From an uncultured Rhodobacteraceae bacterium (GTDB lineage Bacteria > Pseudomonadota > Alphaproteobacteria > Rhodobacterales > Rhodobacteraceae), in the NCBI GenBank assembly GCA_947503935.1, contig CANNFR010000008.1, positions 133,251 to 197,250 of the forward strand: 64,000 nucleotides of DNA, in the 5' to 3' direction. A program made the position numbers and the translations under genes. This document shows positions 38,785 through 47,868 of the stretch, piece after piece. The notes below the pieces were generated by a model that saw nothing but the letters and a program-made list of their open reading frames with translations, did no database searches and was not told the origin of the DNA. Position 1 is the first letter of the stretch; every line of letters starts with the position of its first letter.

Positions 38785-38831
38785 TGTGAGTAACTGTGTC
38801 CTAGGAACGGGGCACTAGCGGAGTAAGAGTA

Positions 38832-39545
38832 ATGCGTATTCTTTTGGTTGAGGATGATCCGACCACAGCAAAAAGCATCGAATTGATGCTGACCCACGCC
38901 AACCTCAATGTCTATTCGACGGACCTTGGCGAAGAGGGCATCGATCTTGCGAAGCTTTATGATTACGATTTGATCCTTCTCGATCTGAATCTGCCCGACA
39001 TGAATGGCCACGAAGTGCTGCGCCAGCTTCGGATGAGCAAGGTTGAAACCCCGATCCTGATCCTGACGGGCTCGGACGATACCGAGAACAAGATCAAGGG
39101 CTTCGGCTTTGGCGCCGATGATTATCTGACCAAGCCGTTCCACCGGGAAGAGCTGGTCGCGCGTATCCACGCCATCATCCGCCGCTCGAAAGGTCATTCG
39201 CAAAGCATCATTCGCACTGGGCAGATCGGCGTGAACCTCGACGCGAAAACCGTTGAGGTTGAAGGAAAAACCGTGCATCTGACCGGCAAGGAATACCAGA
39301 TGCTGGAACTTCTGTCGCTCCGCAAGGGCACGACGTTGACCAAAGAGATGTTCCTGAACCATCTCTATGGCGGCATGGATGAGCCGGAACTCAAGATCAT
39401 CGATGTGTTCATCTGCAAGCTGCGCAAGAAGCTGGCCACGGCGACGGGCGGCGAGAACTACATCGAAACCGTCTGGGGCCGCGGCTATGTGCTGCGTGAC
39501 CCGGAACCCGCTGAAATGGAGCGTCGCATCGCGTTAGGGGCCTGA
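38832..39545 (+). CDS. ctrA: cell-cycle response regulator CtrA
   Basis: MRILLVEDD ... [13 protein letters not shown] ... [12 protein letters not shown]: an OmpR-family regulator with near-identity to the CtrA pattern along its whole length. Confidence 0.93.
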   Translation: MRILLVEDDPTTAKSIELMLTHANLNVYSTDLGEEGIDLAKLYDYDLILLDLNLPDMNGHEVLRQLRMSKVETPILILTGSDDTENKIKGFGFGADDYLTKPFHREELVARIHAIIRRSKGHSQSIIRTGQIGVNLDAKTVEVEGKTVHLTGKEYQMLELLSLRKGTTLTKEMFLNHLYGGMDEPELKIIDVFICKLRKKLATATGGENYIETVWGRGYVLRDPEPAEMERRIALGA

Positions 39546-39560
39546 TCGGGTCTATGTGGT

Positions 39561-39591
39561 CCGCGCCCCCTCGGGGCTGTGAGGGGCGCGG
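39561..39591 (+). terminator. GC-rich hairpin directly after ctrA (no T-tract)
   Basis: CCGCGC(C)CCCTC-ggggctgt-GAGGGGCGCGG: an 11-bp stem with one bulged C, 16 nt after the ctrA stop. Confidence 0.45.
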
Positions 39592-39702
39592 ATAGGAACA
39601 TCTTGCCGCTCGCAAGGCGTCGTTGCACGATTTCCCTCACGTGCAATCGATGCGACGCTAGCCGTCATATGCCACAACGCTCGCATGGCCGATCAAGCCC
39701 GA

Positions 39703-39740
39703 CCGCCTCGCCTTTTCTCCAGGGCGGGGCGGCCTTTTTC
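39703..39740 (+). terminator. canonical intrinsic terminator in the ctrA-ligA spacer
   Basis: CCGCCTCGCC-ttttctccag-GGCGGGGCGG followed by CCTTTTTC. It is oriented for plus-strand transcripts. Confidence 0.65.
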
Positions 39741-39747
39741 ATGGTAA

Positions 39748-41937
<2,190 letters not shown>

Positions 41938-41938
41938 G

Positions 41939-44029
41939 GTGCCCGGCCGTCCCGACATCTTGTTCCCGCTCTTCGGTGATCTGGAAGGGCTGCCCGGTAT
42001 CGGGGCCAAAACCGCCAAGCTGCTGGCGCAGATGGGGGTTGAAAAGCCCCGCGATCTGGCCTTCACCCTGCCGCATTCCGGGATTGACCGGACCTTCCGC
42101 ACCTCGATCCGCGAGGTTGTGCCGCCGGCGACCGTGACGGTTGAGGTGACGGTCGGCCGCCACATGCCGTCGCGCACGAAATCGGGGCCGTCGCGGGTGG
42201 TGGTCGAGGATGCCGAGACGACGTTTCAGCTGGTGTTCTTCCACGCCCGCGGTGATTGGCTGGAAAAGCAGTTGCCGACCGGTCAGCGGCGCGTCGTTTC
42301 GGGCAAGGTCGAACTCTTCGACGGCATAGCGCAGATGGTGCATCCCGACCATATCCTGCGCCCCGGCGAAGCCGACAGCCTGCCGGCGTTCGAGCCGGTC
42401 TATCCGCTGACCCAGGGCCTGACCCAGCGGCTGATGGCCAAGGCCGCGGCCGCAACGGTTGAGCGGGCGCCGGACTTGCCCGATTGGATCGACCCCGCCT
42501 TGAAGGCGCGCGAGGGCTGGCCCGGCTGGCGCGCGGCGCTTCTGGCCGCCCATGCGCCGGCGGGCCAGGCCGATCTGGCCCCGACCGCGCCCGCGCGTCA
42601 ACGTCTGGCCTATGATGAGCTGTTTGCCCACCAGCTGACCCTGGCGCTCGCCCGCCGGGTTGAGCGGCGCGGCAAGGGGCGCCCGTCACACGGTACGGGA
42701 GCCCTGCAAGCGAAGGTGTTGCAGGCGCTGCCCTACCAGCCGACCGCCGCGCAAGAGCGCGCGGTGGCCGAGATCACCGCGGATATGGCGGGCGAAAAAC
42801 GGATGAACCGCCTGCTGCAGGGCGATGTCGGGGCGGGCAAGACGCTGGTTGCGTTTCTCGCGTTGGTGGTCGCGGTCGAGGCGGGCGGGCAGGGGGTGAT
42901 GATGGCGCCCACGGAAATCCTGGCGCGGCAGCATTTGCAAGGGTTGCGCCCCCTGGCCGAAAGCGCGGGCGTGGTGCTGGAAATCCTGACCGGCCGCGAC
43001 AAGGGGGCCGAGCGCGCGGCCAAGCTGGCGGCGCTGGCCAAGGGCGATATCCAGGTGCTGGTCGGCACCCATGCTGTGTTCCAGAAGGATGTCCATTTTC
43101 AAGACCTTAGGCTGGCCGTCGTCGACGAACAGCACCGGTTCGGCGTGGCCCAGCGGATGGAGCTAGGCGCCAAGGGGCAGGGCGCCGATGTGCTGGTCAT
43201 GACGGCCACGCCCATCCCCCGATCGCTGGCGCTGGCCAATTACGGCGATATGGATGTCTCGGTTCTCGACGAAAAGCCCCCCGGGCGCACGCCGGTCTCG
43301 ACCGCTTTGGTGTCAAATGGGCGGCTTGACGAGGTGGTCGACCACCTGCGCCGCGCGGTGGCCGAGGGCAAGCAGGCCTATTGGGTCTGCCCCCTGGTCG
43401 AGGAGAGTGAGGTGGTCGACATGACTGCCGCAACCGACCGGTTTCAGCGGCTGCGTGCGGCTTTGGGTGAAGGTGTCGTGGGCCTTGTCCATGGCCAGAT
43501 GCCCGCGGCCGAGAAGGACGCCGCGATGGCGCGCTTTGTCGCCGGGCAGACCAGCGTTCTGGTCGCGACCACGGTGATCGAGGTCGGGGTGAACGTGCCC
43601 AACGCATCGATCATGGTGATCGAGCGCGCCGAAAGCTTTGGCCTGGCCCAGCTGCATCAGCTGCGCGGTCGGGTCGGGCGGGGGGCCGAGAAATCGACCT
43701 GCCTGATGCTCTATCAGCCGCCGCTCAGCGAAAATGCCGAGCGCAGGCTGGCGATCCTGCGCGAAACCGAGGATGGCTTTCGCATCGCCGAGGAAGACCT
43801 GGCCATGCGCGGGGCAGGCGACGTTCTGGGCACCGCGCAGTCAGGCCTGCCGCGGTTTCGCATTGCGGATCTTGAGCGTCAGGCCGCCCTCATGGCGGTG
43901 GCCCAAAGCGATGCGCGCAAGCTTCTGGCCGACGACCCTGAGCTCAGATCACCCCGCGGTGAGGCCGCACGAACCCTTCTGTGGTTGATGGAACGCGATC
44001 GGGCCTTCCGCCTGCTCAGCGTCGGCTGA
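41939..44029 (+). CDS. recG: ATP-dependent DNA helicase RecG
   Basis: Wedge domain followed by SF2 helicase motifs (GDVGAGKT, DEQHRFG, TATPIPR, QLHQLRGRVGRG). The GTG start is 1 nt after the ligA stop. Confidence 0.95.
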   Translation: MPGRPDILFPLFGDLEGLPGIGAKTAKLLAQMGVEKPRDLAFTLPHSGIDRTFRTSIREVVPPATVTVEVTVGRHMPSRTKSGPSRVVVEDAETTFQLVFFHARGDWLEKQLPTGQRRVVSGKVELFDGIAQMVHPDHILRPGEADSLPAFEPVYPLTQGLTQRLMAKAAAATVERAPDLPDWIDPALKAREGWPGWRAALLAAHAPAGQADLAPTAPARQRLAYDELFAHQLTLALARRVERRGKGRPSHGTGALQAKVLQALPYQPTAAQERAVAEITADMAGEKRMNRLLQGDVGAGKTLVAFLALVVAVEAGGQGVMMAPTEILARQHLQGLRPLAESAGVVLEILTGRDKGAERAAKLAALAKGDIQVLVGTHAVFQKDVHFQDLRLAVVDEQHRFGVAQRMELGAKGQGADVLVMTATPIPRSLALANYGDMDVSVLDEKPPGRTPVSTALVSNGRLDEVVDHLRRAVAEGKQAYWVCPLVEESEVVDMTAATDRFQRLRAALGEGVVGLVHGQMPAAEKDAAMARFVAGQTSVLVATTVIEVGVNVPNASIMVIERAESFGLAQLHQLRGRVGRGAEKSTCLMLYQPPLSENAERRLAILRETEDGFRIAEEDLAMRGAGDVLGTAQSGLPRFRIADLERQAALMAVAQSDARKLLADDPELRSPRGEAARTLLWLMERDRAFRLLSVG

Positions 44030-44056
44030 GCCTGCAATTTCACTTTGTTCGCGAAT

Positions 44057-44071
44057 GTTCTAAAAAAGTTC
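44057..44071 (+). promoter_or_regulatory. alphaproteobacterial LexA (SOS) box GTTCTAAAAAAGTTC
   Basis: A perfect GTTC-N7-GTTC lies in an AT-rich spacer 28 nt after the recG stop. A third GTTC lies 6 nt upstream (44047). Confidence 0.65.
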
Positions 44072-44127
44072 TTGCCAATTGGTAAATAAAGTGAGAACAA
44101 AGAGGCAACACGAAGAGAGGAGACACC

Positions 44128-44250
44128 ATGTTCGGTTCGCTGAAAAACGTTCTCAACCGCACCGCACCAACGCTGATCGAGGATCTGGCGGGCTGTCTGG
44201 CTCTGGTCGTTATTCTGTATATGGGGCTGACACTGCCCAGCCTCATCTGA
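44128..44250 (+). CDS. unannotated 40-aa membrane peptide MFGSLKNVLNRTAPTLIEDLAGCLALVVILYMGLTLPSLI
   Basis: It is below the ORF-track size cutoff. AGGAG lies 5 nt upstream of the ATG. It has one C-terminal TM helix, an SOS box about 55 nt upstream and an intrinsic terminator downstream. Confidence 0.5.
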   Translation: MFGSLKNVLNRTAPTLIEDLAGCLALVVILYMGLTLPSLI

Positions 44251-44356
44251 CTCTGCCTGCGGTCTTTGACGGGCCTTGCGCGTTTCTCCCCAAGTTCCCG
44301 CGCTTTTCCCCGTTCCGGTCTGTCCCCCGGATACCTGCCCCAAAGACACGCTTCCT

Positions 44357-44397
44357 GCCGCCGCCTTCCCACCCCGGAAGTGCGGCGGCTTTTTTAT
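44357..44397 (+). terminator. intrinsic terminator (plus-strand orientation)
   Basis: GCCGCCGC-cttcccaccccggaagt-GCGGCGGC followed by TTTTTTATT. On the minus strand the stem is followed by AGGAAGCG, so it is canonical only for the plus strand. Confidence 0.7.
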
Positions 44398-44850
44398 TCA
44401 GGCGACGCGCGCTTCCGCCTCGGCCACCGCTTCGGCCGTCGCCTCAAGCGCCAGAAGGATCGAGGCGTGACGGTTTTTGTAATCCTTCGCCGGCAACAGC
44501 ACCTCCAGCCCGTCGAAGGGCGGGCCCGGCACCGGGCCGTCTGATTTGAGCATCGCCGTCAATTCGTCGCGGGCCTGCTCAACCTCCGCACGGGTGCGCC
44601 CGATGACGTTGGCCCCGACAACCGACGCCGCCGCCTGACCCAATGCGCAGGCCTTTACGTCCTGGCCGAACTCGGCGATCCGCCCATCCCTGACCACCAC
44701 GTCGACCGTCACGGTTGACCCGCACAAAGGAGAGCGTCGTTTCGCCGTTGCGGTCGGTGCGTCGAGCCGCTTGGCATGCGGCAACTCGACCGCCAGCGCC
44801 CGAATGCGGTTCGAATAGAGTTTGATCAGGTCGGCATCGGTGCTCATCAC
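44398..44850 (-). CDS. NifU/IscU-like iron-sulfur cluster scaffold family protein
   Basis: SufU/IscU-like N-terminal-domain pattern (NP.CG..V......DG.I......V.GCA...ASAS-like). Confidence 0.6.
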   Translation of the reverse strand: MMSTDADLIKLYSNRIRALAVELPHAKRLDAPTATAKRRSPLCGSTVTVDVVVRDGRIAEFGQDVKACALGQAAASVVGANVIGRTRAEVEQARDELTAMLKSDGPVPGPPFDGLEVLLPAKDYKNRHASILLALEATAEAVAEAEARVA

Positions 44851-44911
44851 GCTTTCCCTTTTCGGGTTCTCTCCCTAAATAGGCCCGACTTTGCACAAAG
44901 GAAATCCCCAG

Positions 44912-45280
44912 ATGCCGTTTGATCCCGCCAGCCTGACCTATGATGCGCGTGGCCTCCTGCCGGTCATCGCGCAGGACCATGCCTCGGGCGAGGTGCTGAT
45001 GCTGGCCTGGATGAATGCCGAGGCCGTTCAGAAAACGCTTGAGACTGGCCTGGTAACTTACTGGTCACGCTCGCGAAACGCTCTTTGGGTCAAGGGCGAG
45101 ACCTCGGGGCATATCCAGAAGCTGGTTGAGATGCGGGTAGATTGTGACCGTGATTGCCTGCTGGTTCTCGTCGACCAGACCGGCCCGGCCTGCCACACCA
45201 ACCGACGCGCGTGCTTCTACACGGCCGTGCGGGACGGCGCCGAGGCTGAGATCATGCAGCCCCTCGCAGACGGCTCTTGA
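44912..45280 (+). CDS. hisI: phosphoribosyl-AMP cyclohydrolase
   Basis: LLPVIAQD ... GEVLMLAWMN ... YWSRSR..LW.KGETSGH.Q ... DCD.D.LL: the canonical HisI pattern. Confidence 0.92.
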   Translation: MPFDPASLTYDARGLLPVIAQDHASGEVLMLAWMNAEAVQKTLETGLVTYWSRSRNALWVKGETSGHIQKLVEMRVDCDRDCLLVLVDQTGPACHTNRRACFYTAVRDGAEAEIMQPLADGS

Positions 45281-45311
45281 ACTTGGGGCCCGGGCTACAG
45301 AGACTGCCGGC

Positions 45312-46568
45312 ATGAGCATTTCGGGCCCGCCCATCCTCACGCCGCCGGTTGCAATGGCGCAGCCGCGCGGGCTTTGCACCGATTGTGGGCTGTCGCGCAT
45401 GAAGATCGCTGGGAAGTGCGGCATGGCGTGTCAGTTCATCAAGCCCGATTATCCCCGAATGGAGGCCGCTGTACATGGCCGCGCCCGCGATCCGGGGCAG
45501 GGGGATGAGGGCCATTTCGGCCCTTACCGCGCGATGTATCGCGCCGCGCTGACCCCGCCCGCGCCCGGCGCGCAGTGGACCGGGATCACCACGCGGATCG
45601 CCCAACGATTGCTGGAAGAGGGGGCTGTCGATGCCGTTCTGACGATGGTCCCTGACCCTCACGATCGCTGGCGCCCGCAGCCCGCCCTGATCACCGATCC
45701 AGCCGCCATGCCCATGGCACTCGGCATGCGGATGGGCTATGCGCCCTTGCTGGCGATGCTTGAGCCTGCCATCGAAGCCGGGTTCCGGCGCCTGGCTGTG
45801 ATCGGCATTCCCTGTCAGATCTATGCGCTGAGGCGGATCGAGGCGGAGCTGGGTCTTGAGCTTTTTGTCATCGGCACGCCGTGCTCCGACAACACGACGA
45901 CTGAGAACTTTCACAAATTTCTTGCCCGCCTGACCGATGCGCCCGAAACCGTCAGCTATCTTGAGTTTCGTGCTGATTACCACGTCGAGCTGCGTTTTGA
46001 CGATGGCACGCACCGCGAAATTCCCTTTCTGAAACTACCGCTTGCCGACCTTCCTTCAGACTTTTTCCCGCTGACCTGCCGCACATGCGTCGACTACACC
46101 AATGTGCTGTCGGACATCACGGTGGGCTACATGGCCGGAGAGGGCGCGCAATGGGTGATCGTGCGCAATGAGCGCGGCGCAGAGCTTTTGGAATTGATTA
46201 ACGGCGAGGTCAGCCTCTCGCCCCCCGGGAGTGGCGGAAAGCGGCGCTCGTCGGTTGCAGGGTTCATCGAGAACACCCGGCTGGCAGCCGGTGGCTTGCC
46301 GCTCCGCCGGATGCCGAACTGGCTGCGCGGCATCATGGGCTGGCTCATGCCCCGCATTGGCCCGAAGGGTCTGGAATTTGCACGCGCCCGGGTTGAGATG
46401 AAGGCGGCCGAGACGATTCTGCATCTGCGGCGCCAACATCCCCGGCGGATGAAAACGATGATCCCCGATCATGTCTGGCGCCTGGCAGAGCCCTATGGCT
46501 TGACGTCGCAAACGGGTGAACAAGAAAGTTCCGCAATATCAGGGCCACCGGAAGAGACATTAAAGTGA
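45312..46568 (+). CDS. FrhB/HCAR-family (coenzyme F420 hydrogenase beta-subunit-like) flavin/FeS protein
   Basis: N-terminal Cys cluster (CTDCG ... CGMACQF). The central and C-terminal regions resemble the FrhB family (IGIPCQ, GTPC.DN, C..C.DY). Confidence 0.6.
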   Translation: MSISGPPILTPPVAMAQPRGLCTDCGLSRMKIAGKCGMACQFIKPDYPRMEAAVHGRARDPGQGDEGHFGPYRAMYRAALTPPAPGAQWTGITTRIAQRLLEEGAVDAVLTMVPDPHDRWRPQPALITDPAAMPMALGMRMGYAPLLAMLEPAIEAGFRRLAVIGIPCQIYALRRIEAELGLELFVIGTPCSDNTTTENFHKFLARLTDAPETVSYLEFRADYHVELRFDDGTHREIPFLKLPLADLPSDFFPLTCRTCVDYTNVLSDITVGYMAGEGAQWVIVRNERGAELLELINGEVSLSPPGSGGKRRSSVAGFIENTRLAAGGLPLRRMPNWLRGIMGWLMPRIGPKGLEFARARVEMKAAETILHLRRQHPRRMKTMIPDHVWRLAEPYGLTSQTGEQESSAISGPPEETLK

Positions 46569-46605
46569 TTTCTGAGCATTCACTTTTTCTTAAGCCGGTC
46601 TTCCG

Positions 46606-47766
46606 ATGACGCCTGCCGCACGAGTTGCAACAGCGATCGAGGTGCTCGACCGGGTTCTGGATGGCGAGCCCGCAGAAAAAGTGCTCACCTCATGGGCGCG
46701 GGCAAACCGCTATGCGGGTTCCAAGGACCGGGCCGCCCTGCGCGACCATGTGTTTGATGCCCTGCGGTGCTTGCACTCCTACGCGGCCCGTGGCGGCGCA
46801 ATGACTGGGCGCGGTGTGATGTTGGGGGCTTTGCGGTCGAAAGGTGAGGACCCGGCGGCCTTTTTCACCGGTGAGGGCTATGCACCCTCGCCGTTGACGC
46901 CAACTGAGCAAGCTGCAGGGCTTGAACCCGAGGGCGCCGATGCACTGGATTGCCCCGCCTGGCTGATGCCCAGCCTTCAGGCCTCTCTGAAGGAGGATTT
47001 TGAGCCTGTTCTGAGGGCATTACAGGCCCGCGCTCAAGTTTTTGTCCGCGTCAACCTCAGGAAAACCACGGTGGACGGCGCCGTGCGGCGCCTGTCCGAA
47101 GATGGCATTGAGACAACACCAAGCCCCCTTTCGCCGACAGCCTTGGAGGTGACGGCGGGCGCCCGTTGCCTGCAAGCCAGCGCGGCTTTGGCCGAGGGGT
47201 GGGTTGAGGTCCAGGACGCGGCCTCGCAAGCGCTGGTCGACACACTGCCCATCACCGATGACATGCGCATTCTCGACTATTGTGCGGGGGGAGGCGGCAA
47301 GACGCTGGCCATGGCGGGGCGCGTCGCGGCGCAGTTTTACGCGCATGACGTGGCAGCGCAAAGGTTGCAGAATATCGTCCCTCGCGCCGGGCGGGCCGGC
47401 GTTAACGTCACGTTAACGCATGAGCCCGCGAAAGAAGCGCCCTACGATCTGGTCCTGTGCGATGTGCCCTGTTCAGGCTCGGGCGCGTGGCGCAGGACGC
47501 CCGAGGCGAAGTGGCGCCTCGATGCCGCCGGGCTGCGGCGTCTGGTCGCCATGCAAATGGAAATTCTGCAACAGGCAAAACCGCTTGTCCGGCGAGGCGG
47601 AACCTTGGCCTATGCCACATGTTCGCTGCTGGACGCCGAGAACGGCGGCCAGATTGCCGCCTTCCTTGCGGAAAATCCGGATTGGCGCGTCAGCCTTCAG
47701 CGGCGCTGGACCCCCCTCGACGGCGGGGACGGGTTTTATATTGCACACTTGACGCAATATATTTGA
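46606..47766 (+). CDS. RsmB/NOP-family SAM-dependent RNA m5C methyltransferase
   Basis: SAM-binding DYCAGGGGKT and the catalytic CDVPCSGSGAWRR and ATCS motifs. Confidence 0.85.
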   Translation: MTPAARVATAIEVLDRVLDGEPAEKVLTSWARANRYAGSKDRAALRDHVFDALRCLHSYAARGGAMTGRGVMLGALRSKGEDPAAFFTGEGYAPSPLTPTEQAAGLEPEGADALDCPAWLMPSLQASLKEDFEPVLRALQARAQVFVRVNLRKTTVDGAVRRLSEDGIETTPSPLSPTALEVTAGARCLQASAALAEGWVEVQDAASQALVDTLPITDDMRILDYCAGGGGKTLAMAGRVAAQFYAHDVAAQRLQNIVPRAGRAGVNVTLTHEPAKEAPYDLVLCDVPCSGSGAWRRTPEAKWRLDAAGLRRLVAMQMEILQQAKPLVRRGGTLAYATCSLLDAENGGQIAAFLAENPDWRVSLQRRWTPLDGGDGFYIAHLTQYI

Positions 47767-47804
47767 ATTGATCTAGTCAACCTGTGGGTGAAGTCTGACA
47801 GGCC

Positions 47805-47819
47805 TTAAGGGGCAATTAA
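47805..47819 (+). promoter_or_regulatory. consensus CtrA box TTAAGGGGCAATTAA upstream of cckA
   Basis: A perfect TTAA-N7-TTAA lies 50 nt upstream of the GTG start at 47869. Confidence 0.55.
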
Positions 47820-47868
47820 GTCTTCGTGCTGATTTTGGGGGCGCAACGAATCGAACCGGAGGGTTTCG

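Noticed and set aside
44047-44060. GTTC-N6-GTTC, and a similar GTTC-N6-GTTC at 52677-52690
   Set aside because: The spacing is 6, not 7, so these are not counted as LexA boxes. The first is noted only as a third tetramer next to the genuine N7 box.
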